Part shown: positions 27,001-36,167 of the stretch, one piece after another
How the letters are laid out: the number at the start of each line of letters is the position of its first letter
How positions within the stretch are numbered: the stretch's first letter is position 1
From: a virus
Taxonomy: Duplodnaviria > Caudoviricetes
Length of the DNA stretch: 48,879 nt
IMG/VR virus record: IMGVR_UViG_3300037484_000165
Coordinates: 1-48,879 of that record
Direction: 5' to 3' (one strand)
The notes under the pieces: generated by a model
Databases searched by the model: none
Told to the model about the DNA's origin: nothing
The model's input: the letters and a program-made list of their open reading frames with translations, nothing else
Program-made: the position numbers and the translations under genes

Positions 27001-27980
27001 GGCTCGAGTTCCGACTGCCTGACTCGATCGACGAGGTTCACCCATCCGGCCGCGCCTTCCTTGGCGGTCGCGGAGGCCCGTTCAATCATCGGTCTGGCAT
27101 TCTCGTAAATCTCGTTGAGCCCGAGCCTGCCACCCGGTGAAGTCAGCGAAAAGGCCCCCATCGTGACGAATCCCTTGGCGAATTCCTTGAGCTTCTGGCC
27201 TTCGGGCGCTTCCTCCATGGCCTGCAAGCCGCCGACCGTACCCATCACAGGTGCACGCAGGTAGGTATTGAGCGGACCTACGAAGCGAAATACGGCGCCC
27301 AGCGTGCCCGTCCTGGCGGCTTCTACCAACCCCCCTGCCAATGGGTTATCCCCGCGCTGATACGCCTGCTCGGAGCCCGCCATGTAGGGCAGCGTCAATC
27401 CTGAATGAAGGTCAAGCATGAATTGCGCCACGCTCGGGATTGCGCTTCCCACGGCATCGCTTACGAGTTCGTCAATGAAACCGAGTCCGTTCTGTTCGGC
27501 CTTGTGCCGGTAATAGGCCGCGTTGCCATCGTAGGTCTTCGCCAGATCTTCGAACAGTCCGCCCTTTTCGGCTCCCGTCTTCCGTCCGACGAAATCTGCC
27601 GCAAGATCCAGGTGCGCGAAAAGCGTGGCATTAGCCCGGTTCATGGCGGCGAGCGTGTTGTAACCCTGAGCGACAAAGGGCCGCGAGAGCGTATGCAAAA
27701 CTCGGGAAAAAGCATCGTGCCGGTCGGCGACGGCTTCAATCGGTTGCGAAGCAAGCCACTTGCCGAATTCGCCGTCCACATCGAACGGAGCGGGGTCGGA
27801 GATCAGATCCTCCGGCTTCATTCCCCGACTTCCACCGCCGATATTGACGCGCGCCTTCTGAAGGTCAGTCACGTAATCTTCGGGCCGCGTGCCGAGATTC
27901 GGACCGAGATTGACGCGAGCGTTTTTCAAAACCTCATCGGTGGTCGGTACTTTCGGGAGGATGGCAGTCTGAGTGCTCAC
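24006..27980 (-). CDS. Large internal virion/ejection protein with an LPD38-like C-terminal domain
   Basis: 1324 aa; last gene of the virion block; FMLRNFIRD, ISIPKPFAIG, PIIENATNWQFF, SPAKVENLIQG motifs. Confidence 0.8.
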   Translation of the reverse strand: MSTQTAILPKVPTTDEVLKNARVNLGPNLGTRPEDYVTDLQKARVNIGGGSRGMKPEDLISDPAPFDVDGEFGKWLASQPIEAVADRHDAFSRVLHTLSRPFVAQGYNTLAAMNRANATLFAHLDLAADFVGRKTGAEKGGLFEDLAKTYDGNAAYYRHKAEQNGLGFIDELVSDAVGSAIPSVAQFMLDLHSGLTLPYMAGSEQAYQRGDNPLAGGLVEAARTGTLGAVFRFVGPLNTYLRAPVMGTVGGLQAMEEAPEGQKLKEFAKGFVTMGAFSLTSPGGRLGLNEIYENARPMIERASATAKEGAAGWVNLVDRVRQSELEPGFKTDIRERLFDESGFLALPGAAERESVYQNVVNRFASIENLDEKAAALGVTIKPGESLRMRSRGYLGIGGKVDSVLRDKTFRIGADGKIQLTGEGLKPILDDYERLSPETDLALREQEFNDYFTATRTIEDLQRPKGDWTTENIVTPQQVADAQAVIAELKVKYPDLGQFDAVAERLYAYQRRVLHSLVDSGNLSEAQYQQIVGENPHYVPFERVMEHTEAGTGGPRAKKPFTETRAPVKRIRGSELEIEDVAGSIIKNTYRTLDVAERNTVFNLVRRLSSDGESDAPQPYWDLGIFRVRVPVHAIRVSPEEIDTITRTFRSQTQEVKREVKESITAGGAAPTATTAPMLKLEGIVKDSLKARGFTDGEAASALEQIKKAAAKAPVAEPGATQTRTIENTIDRIVKETVQLITVPTESQIWRPSPYKPKGRIIEGYVKGKKAYIDVPENLYEAMSGMNEVSAGLMTRILSAPAALLRAGTTLTPDFMLRNFIRDNVDAYIQSTTGFRPFVDSVGAIADVIGRSDLYYDWLRSGAAHSTFVELSRGGLEKIVDELKNDPSAWRYLNLVADARKISLGIEEATRLGIYKAAKRHGKSDIEAMFAAREGTVDFGVHGQSRELKQFSSATAFFNPGIQGLDRFIRAHTEHPVGTALKSMAAVTIPSIVLWMVNKDDPDYKEKPQWWRDLFWNVKVGDESSFIRWISIPKPFAIGMLYGSVVERFLDFVFEKDPKALKGLVGSIIDSATPVSGDPNGIFLPTFLRPIIENATNWQFFKERQVVPQSRTGLLPELQYGKYTAETAKIIGERLGMSPAKVENLIQGWTGGTGKYSLDALDMAIAALTGEKTPKRPIEAADIPVLKAFVGRPVESDPQSLRDFYEESREIEAAYMSFRDQMKNLKLEKANRILRDHPKLLLSPTISAMKDRIAGLDKIIEVFAGTEMDTEEKRNAIRAIEQIRLRTAQLANSIMEGKPKTETTGEQTMPKDSVEELKKAATRKF

Positions 27981-29623
27981 TTCTTTTTCCCCAACTGTTT
28001 CGCCAGGTCTTCGGCCTGCTTCTGCAGGTACTCCTGCGATTCCTTGAATGTCGGCTGATATTCGACTGCGAACGCATGGGCCTGAATCCTGATTTCACTC
28101 GCCTTCAGGGGCTTGCCGGCCTTCACCTGAGCGTCAATCCATCCGTCCAGAGCCATCTGCGCCTTTTTGATGGCAACGGTCTGTTGCGGCGTCTGGATCA
28201 TGGCATCGAGCGAAAAGGCGCGAGCGGGCGGCACGATAATATCCTTGATGTCAGCGTATCCGAGTCTTCGGCCTTCCTCGATTTCGCCACCTAGTTTTGA
28301 TTCCAGTTTGTTGATGTACTGTTCCTTGTCGGTCTTGTCCAGGGCAGGATTGCGCACAATGAAAGACCGGATTGCGTTCGGGTCTTCGCCCTTGGCTATC
28401 ATGTCGTTGGCTCTGATGATTGCGAGTGCCGCCTGTGCGGGATCTGCCGCTCCGGCCTTCTGCTTTTCTCTGACGGCATCCGTCCATGTGCGGGTCTCAT
28501 CCCCGGTCAAAACATTGTCAGGACTTCCGAGCGTCTTCAGGACACCGGCGTAGTTCCCTTTGAGGTACATCAGGCCGATGTCCTTCTCGAATTTGTCGTG
28601 GACCTGTTTTTCGGCGTCCTTCGTCTGGCCCTCGAACGCCTTCAGGTAGTTTTCGGCCTGCTGGATGCGGGTCCGTTGCGGGTTTCCGTTTTCGTCCACG
28701 AGACCGAACTGCTTTTGAAACTCCCGGCTCCCCAGTTGTTTTCTCGCCGCCGGATAGTCCACGCTGCCATCTGGCAAAGTCCAAGTTTCCTGCAGGTTTC
28801 CGATTGCAGCGTTGACCGATAATTCGTCCTGCATTTTCTGCTGCTTATCGGAAACGGTCGTGAGCCAGTTTTCCGCCGTCATGCGGGCGCTCGTGAGCCA
28901 ATCGGGATCCCGCGCCTCCAGCGTCTTGAATTCGTGACGGTCAATTTTGTCGAGCGTGTGGACGATCGAGCGTGGATCCGTACTGCGCAGTCCTCCGATT
29001 ACTTCCGCCTTCTCCGCGTCCAGGTCCAGGCGCTCCCGGAGTTCATATCCCTGTTCTTTGGTGATGATGCCGGTCTTTTCAGCCGCGAGCGTCTTCAGTT
29101 GAAACTCATTGCGGGCCGCTTCCTTCTCTTCGGGCGTGGCCGCCTGACTGATCTTCTGCGCCGTGTCGTCTTTTGCCTTGTCGAGCTGAAACCGACCGTC
29201 CTGGGTCAGCAGATCGATGCGCTTGGTCTCTATCGTGTTACGGAACTGGCGGATCCGCCCGTCAAGATACGGCTCCAAGGCATTCCACACGCGGGGATTG
29301 CCCGAATAGGCGGCCTGATACTTTTTCTTGAGTTCCTCTCCGGTCGCCTGAACGTCTCCCGTGAAGGCTTCGTAATCGGTCCTCTGCCGGTAGGACTGCA
29401 GGGCCGTGTCGATATCGGCGCTGATTTCATTTTCTGCGCGGGAAGCAAGAACCTGATCGCCCGCCGCCTGAATGCGCTGCGCCACGGCAAGGCCGAACAT
29501 GGCCTGGCGGTCGACCTGGCCCGCCGCCGCTTCTATGGCTCCGTATCCCGCGCCCGCCGCCTCCGGCGACATTCTCGGAAGCGGAACCACTTCAGGGATC
29601 GGTGCTGTCGGTATCTGAGGCAT
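27977..29623 (-). CDS. Internal virion (ejection) protein
   Basis: 548-aa helical protein starting MPQIP; position in the podovirus ejection cluster. Confidence 0.65.
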   Translation of the reverse strand: MPQIPTAPIPEVVPLPRMSPEAAGAGYGAIEAAAGQVDRQAMFGLAVAQRIQAAGDQVLASRAENEISADIDTALQSYRQRTDYEAFTGDVQATGEELKKKYQAAYSGNPRVWNALEPYLDGRIRQFRNTIETKRIDLLTQDGRFQLDKAKDDTAQKISQAATPEEKEAARNEFQLKTLAAEKTGIITKEQGYELRERLDLDAEKAEVIGGLRSTDPRSIVHTLDKIDRHEFKTLEARDPDWLTSARMTAENWLTTVSDKQQKMQDELSVNAAIGNLQETWTLPDGSVDYPAARKQLGSREFQKQFGLVDENGNPQRTRIQQAENYLKAFEGQTKDAEKQVHDKFEKDIGLMYLKGNYAGVLKTLGSPDNVLTGDETRTWTDAVREKQKAGAADPAQAALAIIRANDMIAKGEDPNAIRSFIVRNPALDKTDKEQYINKLESKLGGEIEEGRRLGYADIKDIIVPPARAFSLDAMIQTPQQTVAIKKAQMALDGWIDAQVKAGKPLKASEIRIQAHAFAVEYQPTFKESQEYLQKQAEDLAKQLGKKK

Positions 29624-29626
29624 CGA

Positions 29627-30070
29627 CTATCCGCCTTCTTGCATCTGTAGCAGTTGCGTTCCGGCCCTTCCGAGTCCGGTCAGGAACGTGGTCAGGCCAC
29701 CGATCTTGCCGCCGAAAGCCGCCACGCGCCCGTAATACCGCTGAAGTTCAGATTCGCTCTCCCCGGCCGTCTTGATGCGCGAGGATTCCATTTCAGCCTT
29801 CATGGCCGTGTCGGCCAGAACAAGGAGGGGGGAGCCGGAAGTCAGATCGACGCCCGCCGCCGCATAAAGCATCCGCTGGCGCCCCATCAGGACGGTGAAC
29901 TTCTGGCGGCTCGCCTCTTCGTTCTGCCGCATGTTTTCGAGCGCAATATCGGCGTTGTATTCGTAGGCCGCCTGCTGCGCCCTGCCCTGCTTATACTGGG
30001 CAACGCCGCTGATGGCGCTCGTCACGGCTCCCATGCCGATGTTAAAATACTGCATCCCCTCTGCGCTCAT
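29627..30070 (-). CDS. Internal virion protein
   Basis: AQQAAYEYNA...YAAAGVDLTSGSPLLV motif. Confidence 0.75.
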   Translation of the reverse strand: MSAEGMQYFNIGMGAVTSAISGVAQYKQGRAQQAAYEYNADIALENMRQNEEASRQKFTVLMGRQRMLYAAAGVDLTSGSPLLVLADTAMKAEMESSRIKTAGESESELQRYYGRVAAFGGKIGGLTTFLTGLGRAGTQLLQMQEGG

Positions 30071-30516
30071 TGGCCGCCTCCGAAAATTCTGCCGAACATG
30101 ATGGCGTCCTGGCCCGCAGGTCCGAAAGAACGCAACAAGCCTTCGCGCTCGAATCCGAGAAATCGGAAGAGATGACCGTTTTCAAGGTCGAAGCATGTCG
30201 CCTGCACCCTCCGGAAGCCGCCTGCCAGCGCCAAGTCGGGCAGATATTTCCTGAGCCACGAGACGACTGTCTTCCGGTATTGCCTCATCAGGGGAGAAAC
30301 CAGAAACCACGCCTCGCCCCTGCGCCAGCCGATATTGATGATTCCGCCGCACGCCACGGGATCGGATCCGCGCATGATCGTGCGGGCCTGACTGCCTGAA
30401 CTCGTATACGCCAGGATCAATTCATTGAACGGCACCGAAAACAATCCGCCATTCATGGCAAAGATCGCCTCTGCATGTTCGGGCTGAAAATCGGCAAGCA
30501 TCAGTTTACGGCTCAT
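30067..30516 (-). CDS. GNAT-like protein (T7 gp13 position)
   Basis: PVACGGI..GEAWFL..RRVQA..FLGFEREGLLRSFG. Confidence 0.8.
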   Translation of the reverse strand: MSRKLMLADFQPEHAEAIFAMNGGLFSVPFNELILAYTSSGSQARTIMRGSDPVACGGIINIGWRRGEAWFLVSPLMRQYRKTVVSWLRKYLPDLALAGGFRRVQATCFDLENGHLFRFLGFEREGLLRSFGPAGQDAIMFGRIFGGGQ

Positions 30517-33472
30517 TTATGTTCACATGGGGCACGACGGCTTTGAGCGTGAATGGCGTCGCCCTGTCATGAACGATTGAAATCGTTGCCTTGTCTTCCC
30601 ACTCGCCTCGTAAATCCACAGTCATATCCTCGGTGAAAAGCACGCCCGCCTCGAAATGGGGTTGCGCCGATACCGCCCCGGCATCCTCGACCGGGATATC
30701 ATGCAAAAGATCCTGATTGATTCCGATTTCGCAACCCATGGTCTCGTAAAAACAAAGCGTCACCCGGTTGATCTTCTGTTTCTTGCCCCGAGCGGTTCCC
30801 TGCTGGCTTCCGGCATTCGGGTTCATCGGCTCCAGGATTGTGGAGAACGGCAGGCCCACATGGATGATGTTCGCGTACCACGGGAACGTGGCGACTCCGC
30901 CCACGACCGCCGTCCCGTTGTACTCGTACGTACCATCCCCGAGCGCCCGGATCGTCCTGCCGTCGTAATAGATGCCGGTCGGAAGGCCGCTCACGCTGTT
31001 AGTGACCTTTTGCACCGTGCTGCCCGCCGCGTATACTCCCCAAGCACTCGAATCAATACCGGAAAGTTGAAAAGTGTTTCCCGATACGCCCGCGACCGTG
31101 TAGGCCGTAGTCTCATCGGCGTTATTGACCTCCGTCATGCCGAGCACGCCCGCTATCCGGACCCGATCGCCGTTTACGAATGTATGGCCCGGAGCCGTCA
31201 CGACCGCCGGATTCGCATTCGTGATGCCGGTGATGTCGACCGCATCGCCTCCATCCCAAGTCAGGCCGCAGTGAACGAAAAAGGCGTCCCGGATCTCAGA
31301 GAAAAGTTCCTGCGGCATGAAGTATTCAATCGCCCTTGACACTTCCGATACCTCCGCTCCCGTGACTTCCGCGATGATGAACGAGGCCGAATGAGCGCCG
31401 ATCGAGGCCAGCGGCGTGGAAGTCGCCGTGACGTAGGTAATGTATCTGTCGCCGTCGGTGAGAACATCGGTCAGATCGGCCGTCCGCTGCCTCTCCCTGT
31501 CGGTCGTGCTGAAGTCCAGTTTTGACGTGGCAAGAGCTATCCCGAAAGTGGCCTGCAGGTTGATGAAGGCCAGCTCCCAATTAGTCAGAGTGGCATTGTT
31601 GGGGTGGACGGCTTGAACATAGGCCGTACATGCCTGGAGAGTGGCGATGTCCCACGGCCCCGGAATCGTGAAATTTAAGCCGGTTTGGACGGTGGGAGAT
31701 GCCGTCCAATAGTTCGATACATAGGCCTCCGAGTTGATTTTGGCCTTCATCGTGCAGGTTTGCTCGATCACCCTGCCCGTGATAGCGACTTCCAGTTGGT
31801 TGATCGTGGCGCCGGCCGGCCAGCCAGCGAAGGTGAATCCGACGAGTGCAATAATGTTGGTGGCATTCGGCACGGCTGACTGCCAGGTTGCCGGGTCGTT
31901 ATCCTCCACGAGCGTCTTTTCCGGATTGACCCACGAGCCGCCATCGCCGACAGCGACCGGAATGCCGCTCTTGCTTGGTGCTCCTTCGTCTTCGGTCGAG
32001 CAGTCGTACATATAGAGGCTCGCGCTGCCTTGCTGTTCAACCGCCGTGCTCTCAAAGTAGAATTTCGTGCCTGCGCTGAATTTGGTCGGCTCGTGCAGAT
32101 AGCGGCTCTCCACATCGAACCTCTCGTCGAAATTGATACTGAGTCCGCTGCCACCAACCCATCCGTAAGTGCAGGTTCCGAGCTGCAATTCAAATTGAAC
32201 CCTGCTCGCGGATGTCAGGGTGACATAGAGAGCGGCGCGATAGAGGAGTGTGCCGTAATTATTCGCCACGTTGTTGACGGCCTTCATCCGCTCCTCGAAT
32301 TCATTGCCGTCCGTGAAATTCGCGGCGTCGCCGTTGAAGTCGATTTCCTTGCGCGTTGGCGTCTGTTCAGTAAAGGTCAATTCCGTGCCGGTGACTTGCA
32401 GGCCGGAAGTCTTGTTGAACACGGCATACATGCCCGATTCGCAGAGTTCGTCGTAATCGCCGACAACCGTGCCCGCGATGACCTCATGTGTGAAGTGATC
32501 GACCGTCGCCCACTTGCTCGCGTCCCGAAGCCAGATGCGGAAAACGTCGTCGGTCACTCCGGCAATGCCGGAATATCCATAATTGGAATTGATGGTGCTG
32601 AGTGCATAGGCCCAGTAATCGTTTTGCTCCTGGTCCTGCAGCAGGCCCCCGGAGCTTGCGTTTCCCATGACAAACGGTATAAGTTGGACGCGCACTTTTG
32701 TCGCGTTGACCACATCTATCTCGATGCCCCCCGTCCGTACATTCAGGGTGGCCGACGCCGAGGCGGGCATGTAGAAATAGAACTTGGTCTTGACTGCGGG
32801 CAGGGCGAAGATGTCCGTCATCCTCTTCATCGAAACGCCCGTGTCTGGAGTCAGGGCGGCGTATTCGGTGAACTCGATGCGCTTGACCGAGATGTCGTCA
32901 ATTGAGAACGTGCCGAATCCGGCAAAAGATGTATGAAGGTCGATTATGAAATCGGTGACGCCCGCTTTGGCGAAGAAATGAACCGTATGGGTCCCCGGAG
33001 TGATGGGCAGGGTTCCGGCCCCCTCGCATACGGCGGTATTGATGTTGGCCGAGCAAAGGTAGAGATAGGCATCAGTGTTGGAAATGGTATACGTGAGTTC
33101 GTAATACGCACCAGCGACAAGGGCAATGGCGAGGTTGGCCGCAGTCTGGGTGAGTGTGGCATTGGCGTTTGCGCCGCTGAATGTCACTTTGCCCCCGGCT
33201 ATCGAAGCTCCGGCGCTCGCTGCCCACGTCGAACCAACCGCAAAACCGCCGTCGTCGAGATTTTCGGTGAGTACCGCATCGCTGGCGATGCCCACGAGTT
33301 TGAGACTCTCCGCTGCTGAAGCTCCGACTACGGCGTAGAATCTGACTTCATCCACTCCGTTGTAATCGTCCGGGTCGATCTCCAGCTCCGTGCAGCGATA
33401 GAGCTGGTTGATCAGATCATTATAAAGATTGCCCCCGCTCATGCGCAGTTGTACGATGCCGGAAACACTCAT
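30506..33472 (-). CDS. Tail tubular protein B / nozzle C-terminal part fused behind ~710 aa of inserted beta-rich (CBM-like) domains
   Basis: Last ~280 aa (IEYFMP..DAFFVHCGLT, HVGLPF, GTARGKKQKINRV, LFTED) look like a nozzle C-terminus; includes an E1-FCCH-like repeat ITNANPAVVT. Confidence 0.8.
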   Translation of the reverse strand: MSVSGIVQLRMSGGNLYNDLINQLYRCTELEIDPDDYNGVDEVRFYAVVGASAAESLKLVGIASDAVLTENLDDGGFAVGSTWAASAGASIAGGKVTFSGANANATLTQTAANLAIALVAGAYYELTYTISNTDAYLYLCSANINTAVCEGAGTLPITPGTHTVHFFAKAGVTDFIIDLHTSFAGFGTFSIDDISVKRIEFTEYAALTPDTGVSMKRMTDIFALPAVKTKFYFYMPASASATLNVRTGGIEIDVVNATKVRVQLIPFVMGNASSGGLLQDQEQNDYWAYALSTINSNYGYSGIAGVTDDVFRIWLRDASKWATVDHFTHEVIAGTVVGDYDELCESGMYAVFNKTSGLQVTGTELTFTEQTPTRKEIDFNGDAANFTDGNEFEERMKAVNNVANNYGTLLYRAALYVTLTSASRVQFELQLGTCTYGWVGGSGLSINFDERFDVESRYLHEPTKFSAGTKFYFESTAVEQQGSASLYMYDCSTEDEGAPSKSGIPVAVGDGGSWVNPEKTLVEDNDPATWQSAVPNATNIIALVGFTFAGWPAGATINQLEVAITGRVIEQTCTMKAKINSEAYVSNYWTASPTVQTGLNFTIPGPWDIATLQACTAYVQAVHPNNATLTNWELAFINLQATFGIALATSKLDFSTTDRERQRTADLTDVLTDGDRYITYVTATSTPLASIGAHSASFIIAEVTGAEVSEVSRAIEYFMPQELFSEIRDAFFVHCGLTWDGGDAVDITGITNANPAVVTAPGHTFVNGDRVRIAGVLGMTEVNNADETTAYTVAGVSGNTFQLSGIDSSAWGVYAAGSTVQKVTNSVSGLPTGIYYDGRTIRALGDGTYEYNGTAVVGGVATFPWYANIIHVGLPFSTILEPMNPNAGSQQGTARGKKQKINRVTLCFYETMGCEIGINQDLLHDIPVEDAGAVSAQPHFEAGVLFTEDMTVDLRGEWEDKATISIVHDRATPFTLKAVVPHVNINEP

Positions 33473-33477
33473 TTGAT

Positions 33478-35433
33478 TTATTCCCTATTAACTACTACCC
33501 AGACCCGATCTTCGTCATTCGGCCTGGGAACTACCGCCACACTCTCGAATTTGCCATCTGTCACGATACGAAACCATGCGTAAACCTGTTCCTGCGTTTC
33601 ATAAGTCATCCCAAGCAACTGGCCGTCGGCGCGGATCGCCCAGAGGATTGGATACGGGTCTTTCTGGTAGGCGGTCTGCAGAATCCCGGATTCGACGGCG
33701 GTCGGCCCCATCGTGATGTGCCGCGCCACCCGGGTCAGATCGGGCGCGGTCCACTTATCGCTGCCCCACTCATAGAGAAGTAACCGGACAATTCTCGAAA
33801 CGCGAGTCATCCAGATGATTGAGTCGTTTACGATCTGCGGAGCCACGCCTCCGGCGCCGATATTGATTTCCATCTTGGCGTCGACGCTTGTTTGCGTGAG
33901 AGGCAGACCGGCAGCTCCGCTCAGGAGCCAGATACCGCCAACGGTCCCGAGCGCCAGTTTTCTTTGCGCCACCATCCAGCGGATCGGATCAACTTTGGAC
34001 GAAACCAGATCGAACTGGATCGCATAATCATCCAATTCCGGATCTGAAGTGAAATTCTCGAAATCTCCGGCAACGGATCCGCACACCCTTTCGGGATGAT
34101 TGTCGAAGCCGCCGAGCATCAGCCTTTGCTCAAAGAATGTCCCGCACGCAGGATACTCACCGGGCGTTTGGAACAGATCAACGAGCTTTACCGCCCATCC
34201 GCCGCTCTCTATATATTCGGAGTAATTGGTCGAATCGACGCCAATGGAGAAATTGTCTTTGTCGATATAAGTGACGGTGAAACGCCCCTGGTTGATTTCG
34301 AGCATCCCGAGAACGTGGTTTATATAAACCACGTCTCCCGTCACAAAACCATGATCAGCGCAACTGACGACAGCCGGATTGGCGTTCGTGATAAACTTGA
34401 TGATCCTCGCTATCCGGTTGTAGCCCGTTTCTGAGACATCGGGCGTCCCGGTGCATTCCAGATTGTCGAGCGTCCACAGGATATTCGACCGGCGAGAAAG
34501 TTTTTTCGGCGGATAGGAATGATGAAAGATGTAGAGAACGTCAGCGCTCCGGGTTGAAACATCGAGATCAAACAGGTCGGCCTCGAGATATGGAGTCACC
34601 ACTTGGATGGCGGTCCAGGAAGCCGCCGCCGTGATGGTCGTCGTCCAATAGGCGGTTTCAATGGGCGGAAAATAACTGTACTGGTTTATTTGCAGGGCCT
34701 CATAGATGCCGGCCGCGGTCCAGACATAGGCAATCCCGCCGGTTGCAGTAATGGGCGGGGCCGCGGTGTAGGCCGCATTGCCGATGACGACGTATTGGCT
34801 CAGGTCGTGACCATTGACCGAGCCGAGCGCCCGGATCGCCGCTTGAATCGCGGACGCTGCGTTTTTCGAGCCCGTGGCGTTTGCGAGTAGAATTCGTACT
34901 CCGGCAAAGGGCTCCTGTCCGGCAATCGATACCGACAATGAATCGCTTGTATTCAGCAGGACGGTCCAAATGTTGACATCCGTCGAATTGTCGGTGTAGG
35001 GTTGCGCGAAATAAAGCGTCTTGCCGGTAGCAACTGTCTGATACGAATAATTTCCGACCGTGACCACATCCCCGGATTGATATTCGGTGTCGGGATCGTA
35101 TGCCGTGTATACGGAAGGGCCGACGACAATGCCGTCACCGGCGAAAATACGCAAAGTCTGATCGGAGAATTCCAGTATGTATGCCTGATCGGTCGAAAAC
35201 GTGAAGGGAGCCAGGCGCGATTTTCCGTTGACGGTTCCGGACGGGACGACGTAATAAGTTCCGGGCATTTTTTTTGCCCCGCCCTCGACCAGGGGTAAGG
35301 CATTTTGCATCGTGCGACAGCCGTTGTAGTATTTGTTGACATCGAAACGGGCTTCCAGCAATGGCGACAGCTCACCACCGTTGAAATTGTTGATCGGGGG
35401 CGTGGCCTTGGTCTGGAGGTTGGAAGTCGTCAT
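33478..35433 (-). CDS. Tail tubular protein B / nozzle, N-terminal part
   Basis: NNFNGGELSPLL..GGAKKMPGT; FFEQRL; WTAPDLT; GMTYETQEQVYAW; ends RVWVVVNRE*. Confidence 0.88.
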   Translation of the reverse strand: MTTSNLQTKATPPINNFNGGELSPLLEARFDVNKYYNGCRTMQNALPLVEGGAKKMPGTYYVVPSGTVNGKSRLAPFTFSTDQAYILEFSDQTLRIFAGDGIVVGPSVYTAYDPDTEYQSGDVVTVGNYSYQTVATGKTLYFAQPYTDNSTDVNIWTVLLNTSDSLSVSIAGQEPFAGVRILLANATGSKNAASAIQAAIRALGSVNGHDLSQYVVIGNAAYTAAPPITATGGIAYVWTAAGIYEALQINQYSYFPPIETAYWTTTITAAASWTAIQVVTPYLEADLFDLDVSTRSADVLYIFHHSYPPKKLSRRSNILWTLDNLECTGTPDVSETGYNRIARIIKFITNANPAVVSCADHGFVTGDVVYINHVLGMLEINQGRFTVTYIDKDNFSIGVDSTNYSEYIESGGWAVKLVDLFQTPGEYPACGTFFEQRLMLGGFDNHPERVCGSVAGDFENFTSDPELDDYAIQFDLVSSKVDPIRWMVAQRKLALGTVGGIWLLSGAAGLPLTQTSVDAKMEINIGAGGVAPQIVNDSIIWMTRVSRIVRLLLYEWGSDKWTAPDLTRVARHITMGPTAVESGILQTAYQKDPYPILWAIRADGQLLGMTYETQEQVYAWFRIVTDGKFESVAVVPRPNDEDRVWVVVNRE

Positions 35434-36167
35434 CTGCCGGCATTCTCCCAACTCATAGATCCGGTTTCGTCTGCCAGATAATCGAGACTTTCATTGACGG
35501 CCTCCGCGGAGATCAGACTATCTTTGTAAAGCCGCTCCATCTCCTTGGCCTTGTGGATGTTTTCCGTAACGGCTACCGCAAGTTCCTGGGCCAGCCGGTA
35601 AATCAGGCAGTTCTTGAACGCGGGCGTGTAGAGCGATTCGCTCGTGACCTTGCGGATGTAATTGATGTGCAGATCGTCGTTCGTGTTGTCGTAGTCGCTC
35701 ATCAGGCAGAGCGTGCCGTCGGGAAGGGCCTCGATTATGTAAGGCAACCCATCGGGGTAAACCGGTGGATCGTAATCGACCTTGCGCGATTCCCCGGCGA
35801 TATTGATCAGACTCGACCAATACTGATTGGATGTGACCGGGTTCAGGCCGCGGCTCGACGACGCTCTCGGCTTCACGAGCCGCAGGAAGTCGGCGGGCAG
35901 CGGATAGGCGTACTGGTAGGCATAAAGCGGGGCAGTCGCGCTCACTACCATCTTGTAACGGATCTTGGCGAATCTCCAATCTTTCGCCTGCAGCACTTCG
36001 TTACGGACGTATTCCCAGACGGCGAGCGCCCTCAGGGCGTTCGGAGAACCGTCATCGGAAGCCGAAACCACGTTGGCCCCGATGCGGAGCAGGGCGACGT
36101 TCACCATGCTCACTGGAGGCAGGAGCGAACTCGCAAGTGTTCCGCCTGTTATGATGCTTCCGCCCAT
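35430..36167 (-). CDS. Tail tubular protein A (adaptor)
   Basis: NVALLRIG..VLQAKDWRFA..YAYPLPADFLR..FKNCLIYRLAQELA. Confidence 0.88.
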   Translation of the reverse strand: MGGSIITGGTLASSLLPPVSMVNVALLRIGANVVSASDDGSPNALRALAVWEYVRNEVLQAKDWRFAKIRYKMVVSATAPLYAYQYAYPLPADFLRLVKPRASSSRGLNPVTSNQYWSSLINIAGESRKVDYDPPVYPDGLPYIIEALPDGTLCLMSDYDNTNDDLHINYIRKVTSESLYTPAFKNCLIYRLAQELAVAVTENIHKAKEMERLYKDSLISAEAVNESLDYLADETGSMSWENAGR

